From the NCBI GenBank assembly GCA_019115565.1, contig DXDH01000071.1, positions 27,375 through 91,374 of the forward strand: 64,000 nt of DNA, in the 5' to 3' direction. A model generated the notes under the pieces. That model was not told the DNA's origin. It searched no databases and saw only the letters and a list, made by a program, of their open reading frames with translations. This document shows positions 55,642 through 64,000 of this stretch, in pieces (the stretch's first letter is position 1; every line of letters begins with the position of its first letter). Made by a program: the position numbers and the translations under genes. This DNA is from Candidatus Borkfalkia excrementipullorum. GTDB taxonomy: Bacteria > Bacillota > Clostridia > Christensenellales > Borkfalkiaceae.

Positions 55642-55911
55642 TCAGATGTTGTGCATGGCGTTAAAAATCGCCTCGTGCTGCAAGCGGATGGACATGCCGA
55701 TTTCCTCGCCCAACTTTTCGCACTCTTTCGCCAAAACGGAAAGCTCTGTCTTGATATCGCTGATATCCACCAGCATAATCATGGCAAAATACTCCTGCAG
55801 GAGCGTTTGGCTGATATCTTCCACATTCACTCCCCTCTCCGCGAGGAAAGAGCTGACTTTTGCAATGATTCCCTTTTTATCCTTTCCCGTAACCGTTACA
55901 ACTGCTCGCAT
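55642..55911 (-). CDS. ACT-domain protein (UPF0237)
   Basis: [28 protein letters not shown]; usual partner of DUF711. Confidence 0.92.
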   Translation of the reverse strand: MRAVVTVTGKDKKGIIAKVSSFLAERGVNVEDISQTLLQEYFAMIMLVDISDIKTELSVLAKECEKLGEEIGMSIRLQHEAIFNAMHNI

Positions 55912-55925
55912 GTCTCTTCTCCGAA

Positions 55926-56501
55926 TTAAAATTGAATTTTAGGCCTGTTTTCGTCCTCTTTCCGCTTTTCGCCGACAAATTCGTCGTCGTGCCCGACGAC
56001 CTCGTATTCGACCATGATATTGCCCTGCGTCAGATACCGGACAATATCGCCGCCCTGAAATTCGGGGCGCGGCTTTTCCTTGTCGCAATAAATCTTTCTG
56101 TCCATGTATTCGGACTTTTTCTTGCTCCATTCGGACATGATGAGGACGTAATAATCGACACTGTCCTTCAGCTCCGGCTCCTCGTAGCGCAAAAATTTGC
56201 TCTCATTTACTTGTTTTAAACCAACCGAAATATAGGAGATAATTTTATAATATTTTCTCGCCCTTTGGAATTTGATACCCAGGAAAATATAGGAAAAAAT
56301 CACAAACAGGCAGCTTGCGACGCACACAATCCAAATCGGGATCGGCTGCATGGGGTCTTCGTACGGCAGAGACACATAGTATACGATGCAGGCGATGCAC
56401 AGGGCGACAAAGACCGCCAAAACGCCGAAGTATGCGTACCATATCCTCTGCTTTTGCTTAAAAGCATTGATTAAATCGTCGTCGTTGAAAATTACGTTCA
56501 T
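55926..56501 (-). CDS. Hypothetical membrane protein
   Basis: 191-aa ORF with two N-terminal TMs, inside the operon. Confidence 0.72.
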   Translation of the reverse strand: MNVIFNDDDLINAFKQKQRIWYAYFGVLAVFVALCIACIVYYVSLPYEDPMQPIPIWIVCVASCLFVIFSYIFLGIKFQRARKYYKIISYISVGLKQVNESKFLRYEEPELKDSVDYYVLIMSEWSKKKSEYMDRKIYCDKEKPRPEFQGGDIVRYLTQGNIMVEYEVVGHDDEFVGEKRKEDENRPKIQF

Positions 56502-56519
56502 AGACTTTCTCCGTAAAAA

Positions 56520-57368
56520 TTATTTGCTTATGAACAGCACGCCTATCGTATTGCGGCCGCAGTGGCTCGTGATGATGCTTCCGGCCACCGTCTCGATGAC
56601 CTCGTCGAAAGCGAACAGCTCCTTTACGAGCGCTTTCGCGCCTTCGACGAGCTCGGCGTCCGCATTGCTGTGCGTGATAAAACAGCGCGTGCTCTCGTAG
56701 TTCGGATACTCTTCCGCAAGGTCGTGCACATAATTTTTCAGGCAGCGCGACATTTTGCCGATATACTTTTTCTTCGGATACAGCTGCCCGCCCTTCATTG
56801 CAATCATCGGATGGATGGAAAGAACTTTTGCCCCGTAATAGGACAAAGTGGAACAGCGCCCGCCCTTATATAAATACAGCAATGTATCCGGAATAAAGGA
56901 AGTATTCACCTTGTCCCGCAATGCGTTGACGGTATCCGCGATCTCCTGCGCGCTCTTCCCTTCCCGGCGCAAATCGCATGCCTTCATTACGAGAAGTCCC
57001 TGCCCCGTGGAAAGCGCGAGCGAATCGATTACAATCACTTTTCCGCCGAACGACTGCGCCGCAGCCTGCGCAAAGCCGTTCGAACCGCTCGCTTTCGAGG
57101 AGATGTTGAAATGAATGACCGTTTGCCCCGCATCGACAAACGGACGGAAGAAATCCTCGTAATCCTTGACGCTCGGAGCCGCCGTTTTGGGGAGTTCCCC
57201 CGTATCTTCGAAGTAGCGGAAAATATCCGCGGGAACAATATCGATTCCATCGCGGAAAGATTCATCTCCCAGCATTACGCTCAGCGGCATAATGCCGATT
57301 TCGTTCTCCTTCAATTGCTCCGCGCTCAAATCGCACGTGCTGTCCGACGTAATTTTGATTTCGCTCAT
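56520..57368 (-). CDS. DegV/FakB-family fatty-acid-binding protein
   Basis: ITSDSTCDL, PKTAAPS, ISSKASGS, DSLALSTG, YLYKGGR, SHCG; AGGAGG RBS. Confidence 0.93.
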   Translation of the reverse strand: MSEIKITSDSTCDLSAEQLKENEIGIMPLSVMLGDESFRDGIDIVPADIFRYFEDTGELPKTAAPSVKDYEDFFRPFVDAGQTVIHFNISSKASGSNGFAQAAAQSFGGKVIVIDSLALSTGQGLLVMKACDLRREGKSAQEIADTVNALRDKVNTSFIPDTLLYLYKGGRCSTLSYYGAKVLSIHPMIAMKGGQLYPKKKYIGKMSRCLKNYVHDLAEEYPNYESTRCFITHSNADAELVEGAKALVKELFAFDEVIETVAGSIITSHCGRNTIGVLFISK

Positions 57369-57395
57369 GCGGCGAACCTCCTGATTGCTCATATT

Positions 57396-58004
57396 TTAAA
57401 ATAGGCCGAATAGTCCCGTCAAAAATTCTTTATGCGCCAAAGACCAGTCGGTCACGACGCCCATTACATTGGCAAGTTCGAGCTGCCCCAGCGTTCGGCT
57501 GTCCAAACTGACGCTGCGATGGTCGCCCAAAACAAAAACTTTGCCCTCGCCAATCGTCTGCTCCGCGATATTGTTATTTTCGCTCCAATCTTCCCCCAAA
57601 TACGGCTCTTCGACCTTTTCGAACGAATCCTCGCCCGCATTTTTGCGGTACAGCTCGCCGTCTTCGGCATAGATTGTGTCTCCGGGGAGCCCGATAACCC
57701 GCTTGATTATCCACTTATGCTCCGTTTGGTCGTGAACACTGTCTCTCTCGTTCGCTTCGATTACGACGATATCCCCGTGCTCAGGGGAAACAGTCGCATT
57801 GATAAACAGATAATCGCCCTCATATAAAGTCGGCTCCATCGAGGACCCCACGACCTGCACGCCTATGAATATCTGCGTAAACAGGATGGTAAAGCAGAGA
57901 AAAATTGCGAGCAGGACGACAAAAAATCGAAGGGTAGATAAAAATTCTTTGTGTGGGTTGCGGCGCTCTTCGAGCAGTTCGCCGAATTTGTTTTGTTCCT
58001 CCAT
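57396..58004 (-). CDS. lepB: Signal peptidase I
   Basis: TM, GSSMEPTL (Ser), IKRVIGLPGD (Lys), VLGDHR..SLDSR. Confidence 0.95.
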   Translation of the reverse strand: MEEQNKFGELLEERRNPHKEFLSTLRFFVVLLAIFLCFTILFTQIFIGVQVVGSSMEPTLYEGDYLFINATVSPEHGDIVVIEANERDSVHDQTEHKWIIKRVIGLPGDTIYAEDGELYRKNAGEDSFEKVEEPYLGEDWSENNNIAEQTIGEGKVFVLGDHRSVSLDSRTLGQLELANVMGVVTDWSLAHKEFLTGLFGLF

Positions 58005-58180
58005 CACCGCTCCTTATTCCTGATTGCGCGTAAAAAATCTTCGCGCGACAGCATCACGACTCTGCCGCACTTGTCGCACTTGATTTTGAAATCCGCGCCG
58101 ACACGGATCACCGTCCAGCTATCCCCGCCGCACGGATGCTTTTTTTTCGTTATAACTTTGTCTCCTATTGAGTATACCAT
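58004..58180 (-). CDS. DUF951-family small zinc-ribbon-like protein (58 aa; below the ORF-track cutoff)
   Basis: Manual translation MVYSIGDKVITKKKHPCGGDSWTVIRVGADFKIKCDKCGRVVMLSREDF...; stop overlaps the lepB ATG (TGATG). Confidence 0.9.
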   Translation of the reverse strand: MVYSIGDKVITKKKHPCGGDSWTVIRVGADFKIKCDKCGRVVMLSREDFLRAIRNKER

Positions 58181-58216
58181 ATTTTTCGGTTTATCAAAAG
58201 TAAATTGCGTGAAATA

Positions 58217-59902
58217 TTACAGCCAAAGCAAATTATTTATGCAAAACTCGTCCTGCGAATAGAATGTGAGATACCGCGCCCCATCCAATCCGGCCAAAGG
58301 CTTGTTGACTTCGTTCTTAAAATCCTTCGCACTGAGGAGATGATCGCCCCAACAGCCGCCGCCCGAAACGCGCAAAGTACAGGAATATCGCGCAGGCGCC
58401 CCGTTTTGCACGACGCCGATACAAATCTGCAGCAACGTCGGCTGCTCGCTGTATATATCAAATTTTAAAAGTCCGTTTTCACTCGGGCGGAAGCGCGCGT
58501 CGTTGATTCGGAAAAGTTTTAATCCGTAGGAAGAGTAGATGCCCTTGATACCGAGCGGGCCCTCCAAGAGCTGAACGGGCGCCCTGCTCGTATTTAAAAA
58601 GCAGTCGGCGAGCACATTCTTGTCGAACCTGTCGATGGTGAAGCTGTCCGTCCCGTTCGTGCTGCTGTACAAAATGCGGCTCTTTTTCTGCGCGTTGGCG
58701 TACGATTTATCCAGCCGCTTGACGGCAATCTTGGAGGAAACCGCAAACCCGCAGCTGTATTTCGCCTTTGCGAACACGAATACGCGCGAAGCGTTTTCGT
58801 AGGCGTTCAGAGAAAAAATCCACTCGTCCTCCCCGTCTTCGCGTTTGAACGCGCACTTCGTCCAATCGCGCGTGGGTGAATCGAGGTTATCTTCCGCCAT
58901 ATATACGTCGCAGTACTTCACTTCGCCGTTGCTGTCAAACTTAATGCGCGCAACGAGTTCTCCGTCGTCCTCCTCCACGCCGATTTCGACGGGAGTCGGA
59001 ATAAACACCTCGCGCCCCTTTAAATACTTGTCGATAAACAAATCCAAATCGTTTAAGCCCGTATTGCCGATATGCCCGTTATAGCGCGCGGCAAAATAAA
59101 AAGTTTTATCCATCGCGGGATTGATGCGCGCATACGTATCGAACGCCCTGTCCGCATCGAACCCTTCGTCGTTCGTCGAGCAGAGCATGAGCACGGGGCA
59201 CTTTACATACGGCGCGTATGCCTGCGATTCGACGCCCGCCAGAAAGCGATAGCGCTCGTCGTCCATTTTCAGCTCCGTCGATTCGCCGAACTTGTAGACG
59301 CCGCGGTAGGCGCGCCAGCCCCCCGCGCATACGGGAATCGCACAGGAAATCCCTTCAAAAGTGGCGGCGAGCTGCCATGCGACCTCCCCGCCTGCCTTGA
59401 TGCCAATCAACCCGATTTTCCGCTCGGGCGCAATGGAGCGCAGATACAGGCAGCTGTAGCGTGCGACGGCAACCCATTCATACCAGCTCGTTTCCTTTGC
59501 GCTTTCGTCCGCAAAGTCGAGCCGCCGCCCCGCCGCGCGGAAATTCGCGTATGCGATTGCATCCGGATAAATCGTGTACTCCTCGCAATCTTCCCATTCG
59601 CCCCGATAATCGGGCATGAGCACCGCATATCCCTTTTTGGCAAAACGCATGGCGAACGCCGCGTCCGCCGTCTGTGCCGCATCCGGCAAAACCAACAGAG
59701 CAGGCGCGCTGTCCTCGCCGGACGGAGCGCAATAAACAGCAAATATGTTGACGCGCACACCGCCGACGTCCCGGCCGAAATAGCGCAGCTTGCGCAGAAG
59801 AACGCCGTTTTCCTCGCGATCTTCCAAAACCGTGCATTGGATGGGGAGAGAATCGTCGAAATCGCTCCATAGTGTAATCGGGGTAAGAATCTTGTTAGCC
59901 AA
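58217..59902 (-). CDS. Alpha/beta-hydrolase-fold protein with a degenerate nucleophile motif and C-terminal beta-rich domains
   Basis: KKGYAVLMPDY, IGLIGIKAGG at the nucleophile elbow, PVLMLCSTND, NGH; likely TTG start at 59902 after AGGAG. Confidence 0.72.
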   Translation of the reverse strand: MANKILTPITLWSDFDDSLPIQCTVLEDREENGVLLRKLRYFGRDVGGVRVNIFAVYCAPSGEDSAPALLVLPDAAQTADAAFAMRFAKKGYAVLMPDYRGEWEDCEEYTIYPDAIAYANFRAAGRRLDFADESAKETSWYEWVAVARYSCLYLRSIAPERKIGLIGIKAGGEVAWQLAATFEGISCAIPVCAGGWRAYRGVYKFGESTELKMDDERYRFLAGVESQAYAPYVKCPVLMLCSTNDEGFDADRAFDTYARINPAMDKTFYFAARYNGHIGNTGLNDLDLFIDKYLKGREVFIPTPVEIGVEEDDGELVARIKFDSNGEVKYCDVYMAEDNLDSPTRDWTKCAFKREDGEDEWIFSLNAYENASRVFVFAKAKYSCGFAVSSKIAVKRLDKSYANAQKKSRILYSSTNGTDSFTIDRFDKNVLADCFLNTSRAPVQLLEGPLGIKGIYSSYGLKLFRINDARFRPSENGLLKFDIYSEQPTLLQICIGVVQNGAPARYSCTLRVSGGGCWGDHLLSAKDFKNEVNKPLAGLDGARYLTFYSQDEFCINNLLWL

Positions 59903-59916
59903 AAGGAAATCTCCTA

Positions 59917-62592
59917 TCAATAACTAATCTGTATTTGCGAACTGCCGCTCTCCGCCGCGCCGGTAACGACAATCTTCGTGCCGATGCGGTGCTTGAGCTC
60001 CTCCACGTGCGAAATAAGCCCGATGCAGAAGCGGCTGTTTTTCAATTTTTCCAAACTGTCCATCACCGTGTCAATCAGCTTTTCGTCGAGGGTGCCGAAC
60101 CCTTCGTCCAAAAAGAAAAATTCAATCGGCTTGAGCGACTTTGCGTAAATCGCCGAGGACAGCGCGAGCGCGAGAGACAGAGACACCAAAAACGTTTCGC
60201 CGCCCGAAAGGGTGTTGACGCTGCGCAGCTCCCCTCCGCAGAGGTTATCCCCCACAAAAAAGCCCTGCTCGTATTTTATGAAGTACCGCCCGCCCGTGAG
60301 CTTTAACAGAGTCGCCGTCGCGGCGGCGGAAATGTCGCACAGATATTCGGACGCAACAAACTCCATAAATTTATTTCCCCGCGTCAGCTCCTGCAATTTG
60401 GAAAGGAGGTCGAGTTTTTGTTTGAACGCATCGCGCTCCTTTTCTATTTTTTTCTTTTGCTCTAATTCGTTCTGCTTATGCGCGAGTTGCTGCTCATAGA
60501 CTGCAACTGCACTGTTCACGTCCTGCTTTTTCGTATTCAAACGGGAAAACTTTTCGCTCTCCGCCGAAAACTCCTCGTCGGAAATGTCGCGCGGAGTCCC
60601 GTCCGCCTGCAACATCTGTATCTTCGCCCGCAGGGATATGAGCGAGGCGTCGTATTCGGAAATCTTTTTCTCCGCGTCACCCGCGCGCTCTGCTGCGCGG
60701 GCAATCTCCGCCGCCTCTTCCTCGCTTTGAAACCCGCCCTCCGACAAGAGTGCCGCAATCTTTTTTTCGTCGTTTTCCTCTTCCGCTTTCAGCTGCAAAA
60801 GAGCGGCTTCCGCCTTGCCCGCCGCCAGCTCGCACGCGCGGATAGTATCGGCCGCGGCCTGCATCTGCATTTCCGAGCGGGAGCGGAGCAAGCCGAGCTC
60901 GTCGCGCTGTTTTAAAAGCGCGCGCTCGGCGGAAACGATATCCGTATCGGAATCCGCGCCGAGTGCCTCGCACATTCTCGCGCGCACAGCCTCGATTTCT
61001 CCCTTTAACCGCAGCCCCTCTTCCGCCGTCTGTGTCTTTTTCGCCTCGTATTCGCGCACGGAGCTCTCCGCGCGGGTGCGCTCCGCAGCGAGTTTATTCA
61101 GCGCCGCGTTCAGCTCGCCGCGCTCTTTTTGTTCTCGGCGGAAATCTTCGAGCAGTTTTTCCGCATCGCCCGACTTATTCGCCGAAAGGAGCATATTCGC
61201 CCTGTCCTCCAATCGGGCGAGCGATTCGTCCGCCCAATGGAACAATTCCCCTTCGGGAGCAAACCGATTGCGCAATTCGCCGCGCTTATCCGCGGCATAT
61301 TCGCTCTGGCGGCGGAACTCGGCACCGAGCAGCGCGCTCTCGAAATTTTTGGCGAAAAACTCCGATAAATCGGCATCGCCCAACGCGGCGAGATTCTTTT
61401 TTATCTCCTCTTCGCGCCTTGCCAGCCCTTCCGCTTCCCCCTGCGCTTTGGAAATCGCCGCCTGCAACGCCTGATATTCCCGCTTGAGCCGTTCGCGCTC
61501 CTCTCCCTTTTGGCGGAGGGATTCCGCATCCTGCTTGATGTAGGCGAGCGCCGCGAGTTTCGCGGAAATCTCCTCCGCCCGCGCAGCATAATCGGCAGAT
61601 TCGCTCTCTTCGCGCAGGCGGGCGAGCTCTCTTTCGCTCTCCGCTTTCTTCGCGAGCGAATCCTCCTTCACCCGTTCCTGCGCGGCGATATCGTTTTTCC
61701 GCTTTGCGCCCTTTGCCTGCAGGGAACAAACCTCGCGCGCCTTGGGCGCCAGCCCGACGAGGCGGCGGAGCTCTTCGATTTCCCCTTCCTTGCCTCGCAG
61801 CGATTGCAGTTCGGCCGCATATTTTTTCAGCGATTTTCCGCGGGAATATTCGTCCTTGAACTTTTCAAATTCCGCCGCAAAGCGGGTATACTCTTCGTCC
61901 AGCTGCGCTTTCTGCTCCTTGAGCCGCGCGCACTCCGCTTCCATGTCTGCGATATTCGCGCCGTCCAACTCGCCGTAGGCGCGGAGTTCCCCCTCCTTCG
62001 TATCGAAGGAAGACTTGACTTCGGCATACCGCTCTTTTAAACGCGCGTTCAAGAGGTCGCCGTATCTTTCCAACCCGAACAGGCGGGAAATGAGTTTGAG
62101 TCGCTCGCTCCGCTCCGCCTTGACGAACTGCGCAAATTCGCCCTGCGGCAACGCGATGCACTTTTTAAAATCCTCGAACGAAAGCCCGACAATTTCCTGT
62201 ATCTTGGCGTTCGTGTTCTTCACGCCGTCGCTGATTGGTTTGATTTGCTCTCCGCTTACCTCGGAGAGGGTGAGCGACTGCGCGGAATTTTTGCGCTTGA
62301 TTTCCCGCTCCACGCGGTACACCTTGCGCCCCTGCGGCGTTTCCGTTTCAAAATCGAAGCGGACGTACGCCCTGTCGCAATTATAATTGATGATTTCGTT
62401 CCCGACGCCGCCCTTGATACGGTCGATTCTGCCGTAGAGAGCGAAAATCATGCTGTCGAGAATGGTCGTTTTGCCGCTGCCCGTATCGCCGAAGATGCCG
62501 AATATGCCGCCCGAAAGCAGCTTCTCAAAGTCGATTTCCGCCTTGCGGGCAAAACTGTTGATGCCGGAAAACTCCAGATATTTAGGCTTCAT
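59917..62592 (-). CDS. sbcC: SbcC/Rad50-family SMC-like ATPase (no CXXC zinc hook)
   Basis: Walker A GDTGSGKTT, Q-loop LPQGEF, long coiled coil, LSGGE, FFLDEGFGTLD, ISHV. Confidence 0.93.
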   Translation of the reverse strand: MKPKYLEFSGINSFARKAEIDFEKLLSGGIFGIFGDTGSGKTTILDSMIFALYGRIDRIKGGVGNEIINYNCDRAYVRFDFETETPQGRKVYRVEREIKRKNSAQSLTLSEVSGEQIKPISDGVKNTNAKIQEIVGLSFEDFKKCIALPQGEFAQFVKAERSERLKLISRLFGLERYGDLLNARLKERYAEVKSSFDTKEGELRAYGELDGANIADMEAECARLKEQKAQLDEEYTRFAAEFEKFKDEYSRGKSLKKYAAELQSLRGKEGEIEELRRLVGLAPKAREVCSLQAKGAKRKNDIAAQERVKEDSLAKKAESERELARLREESESADYAARAEEISAKLAALAYIKQDAESLRQKGEERERLKREYQALQAAISKAQGEAEGLARREEEIKKNLAALGDADLSEFFAKNFESALLGAEFRRQSEYAADKRGELRNRFAPEGELFHWADESLARLEDRANMLLSANKSGDAEKLLEDFRREQKERGELNAALNKLAAERTRAESSVREYEAKKTQTAEEGLRLKGEIEAVRARMCEALGADSDTDIVSAERALLKQRDELGLLRSRSEMQMQAAADTIRACELAAGKAEAALLQLKAEEENDEKKIAALLSEGGFQSEEEAAEIARAAERAGDAEKKISEYDASLISLRAKIQMLQADGTPRDISDEEFSAESEKFSRLNTKKQDVNSAVAVYEQQLAHKQNELEQKKKIEKERDAFKQKLDLLSKLQELTRGNKFMEFVASEYLCDISAAATATLLKLTGGRYFIKYEQGFFVGDNLCGGELRSVNTLSGGETFLVSLSLALALSSAIYAKSLKPIEFFFLDEGFGTLDEKLIDTVMDSLEKLKNSRFCIGLISHVEELKHRIGTKIVVTGAAESGSSQIQISY

Positions 62593-63748
62593 CGTTCCCC
62601 TCCGTGACGGAAAGGAACAGCTCCGTCAAGTCCTCGGGCGGCTCCTTCGCATACAAACTTTTATAATATTCGCGGAAAAGTTCGGACGAGCTCATCTGCT
62701 TGCGCGAAACTTCCGCCCCCTCGATTGCTCCGCCCTGTATCGACGGGATTATGGAGATAAGCCCGCCGTTCGCCTCCTTAAGCTCGCGCACCTGCGAGGA
62801 TATGAGCGGCTCGGCAAGGTAGAGCGTCAGCTCGATAAAACAATCGGGATATTTTCGGATGAGCTCGATTCCCCCTTCCACGCTCGTCTCCGCAAGGCGC
62901 ACGAGCTGCCTGCCGCGCGTGAGCGGAATTTCGCGGATATTGCCCGCGCCGTTCCCGTCGATATCAAAGACGACGACGCTCTTTTTCGCGCCCGCCTCGT
63001 CGAAGGCGTACTGCAAAATCGAGCCGCTGTAGTAGACGTTGTTTTTAAAATGCTGGCGCCTGTGCAGATGGCCGAGCGCCGTATAGGCACATTTCGGCAG
63101 GAGTTCGAGGGGTACGGCGCGCGCGCCGCCCAAATCGATTTCCCGCTCCCCTTCGCTGACCTTTCCGCCCGCGACGAACAGGTGCGACAAAAGCATGGAG
63201 GGCAGATTGCGGGTATTCTTTTCCTCGCCCGCAGATATCCAGCGGCGCATCTTGTCGAAGTAGGTTTCCCCTTCGATTTTATCTTCTTTCAGTCGCGCCT
63301 CGTTCGGATACGGAAGGATATTGACGAACACCTCGTCGCCCGCGCCGTTCTTAAATATGATATGATTTGTGCCCGCTTCCGTGACCGAGAGAGCCCTGCC
63401 GGCGCAGGGTTTCGGCGTATGCCCGATATTTCCGTAAATATAGATGCCCTGCTCTTCCGAGAGGGCAGTCGCCGCGCAGAGGCGCACGTTGTCGTCGTGG
63501 TTGCCGCTGATGGCGAGCACACAGCGCTCCCGCCCGGCAATTTTTTTTATTTTTTCGTAGAAGATATCCTCCGCCTCCGCCGACGGCAGATAGGTATCGA
63601 ACACGTCCCCCGCAACGAGAACGAGTTCCACCCCTTCGCTGTCGCAGATTTCGGCGATTTCGTCGAGGACGGCGCCCTGCTCTTCGAGGCGATCGCGCCC
63701 GTTGAGCCGCTTTCCGATATGCCAATCCGATGTGTGTAATATCCTCAT
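62582..63748 (-). CDS. sbcD: SbcD/Mre11-family nuclease
   Basis: HTSDWHIG, AGDVFD, SGNHD, SHLF, ALGHLH, YSGS.LQYAFDE. Confidence 0.95.
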   Translation of the reverse strand: MRILHTSDWHIGKRLNGRDRLEEQGAVLDEIAEICDSEGVELVLVAGDVFDTYLPSAEAEDIFYEKIKKIAGRERCVLAISGNHDDNVRLCAATALSEEQGIYIYGNIGHTPKPCAGRALSVTEAGTNHIIFKNGAGDEVFVNILPYPNEARLKEDKIEGETYFDKMRRWISAGEEKNTRNLPSMLLSHLFVAGGKVSEGEREIDLGGARAVPLELLPKCAYTALGHLHRRQHFKNNVYYSGSILQYAFDEAGAKKSVVVFDIDGNGAGNIREIPLTRGRQLVRLAETSVEGGIELIRKYPDCFIELTLYLAEPLISSQVRELKEANGGLISIIPSIQGGAIEGAEVSRKQMSSSELFREYYKSLYAKEPPEDLTELFLSVTEGNDEA

Positions 63749-63806
63749 TCCATTCCGCCTGCCCGGCTTGCGCCGAAAAATTTCAAAGAAAAAACCGAAA
63801 ATAGCC

Positions 63807-63835
63807 TTGCTTTTGCGGCAAATTATTTATATAAT
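63807..63835 (+). promoter_or_regulatory. sigma-A promoter for the DnaD-like gene
   Basis: TTGCTT-17 bp-TATAAT. Confidence 0.6.
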
Positions 63836-63864
63836 AGTATAGCGTAATTTCCAAAATAAATCAA
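63836..63864 (-). promoter_or_regulatory. sigma-A promoter for the sbcD operon
   Basis: Minus strand TTGATT-17 bp-TATACT. Confidence 0.6.
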
Positions 63865-63885
63865 GCGTTGCGCGGAGCTTTACCG

Positions 63886-64000
63886 ATGGGATTTTGTTCT
63901 TACTCTCGCGAGTTTTCCCTCGCCTCCTATACGAGCGTGGAAAACCAATTCATCAATAAATATATGGCCATGGCGGACGGAGACGCCGTCAAGGCGTATA
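63886..64000 (+). CDS. DnaD/DnaB_2-domain replication protein, N-terminus (truncated by the window edge)
   Basis: Manual translation MGFCSYSREFSLASYTSVENQFINKYMAMADGDAVKAY matches the T.V.N.FI..YM..A.GD.VK.Y N-terminus recalled for clostridial DnaD-domain proteins; GGAG RBS. Confidence 0.7.
   Translation, partial: MGFCSYSREFSLASYTSVENQFINKYMAMADGDAVKAY

Noticed and set aside
57707-57715. TTATCCACT DnaA-box-like site
   Set aside because: Single mismatched copy inside lepB; no cluster indicating an origin
62450-63739. 429-aa plus-strand ORF
   Set aside because: Antisense shadow of sbcD/sbcC

Overview
A 64-kb stretch of core chromosome from a GC-rich, spore-forming Clostridia-class firmicute (Christensenellales/Borkfalkia-like by gene content; this placement is an inference). 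Most genes are on the minus strand. In order: mutL (partial)-mutS-miaB; a class A PBP; thiI-iscS; the arginine cluster argG-C-J-B-D-F-carA-carB, without argH; a thioesterase and a YgjP-like gene; a PadR-family membrane protein; tlyA-ispA-folD-nusB-asp23; a complete spoIIIAA-AH operon; serS; a P-type ATPase; a small redox islet beside tRNA-Leu(CAG); a long co-directional run from sbcD to pepE (sbcDC, lepB, degV, pepF, dnaB, sua5, ywlE, rpiB, upp, galU, mtaD, mscS); and the start of a DnaD-like gene. No CRISPR array, IS element, integrase or rRNA was seen. The most unusual items are (1) CarB fused in frame to a DapF-fold domain whose first catalytic Cys is Ala, inside a sub-operon with its own promoter; (2) a PadR HTH linked by a long disordered region to 4 TM helices, with tandem Spo0A-like boxes in its promoter; (3) a TetR-controlled CrtI/RetSat-like flavoprotein plus FNR-[2Fe-2S] reductase next to tRNA-Leu; (4) an SbcC with no zinc hook, followed by an alpha/beta-hydrolase with Lys at the nucleophile position; and (5) a P-type ATPase with PSG in place of the TM4 PEG motif. 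All family assignments come from motif recognition by eye; no database search was run.
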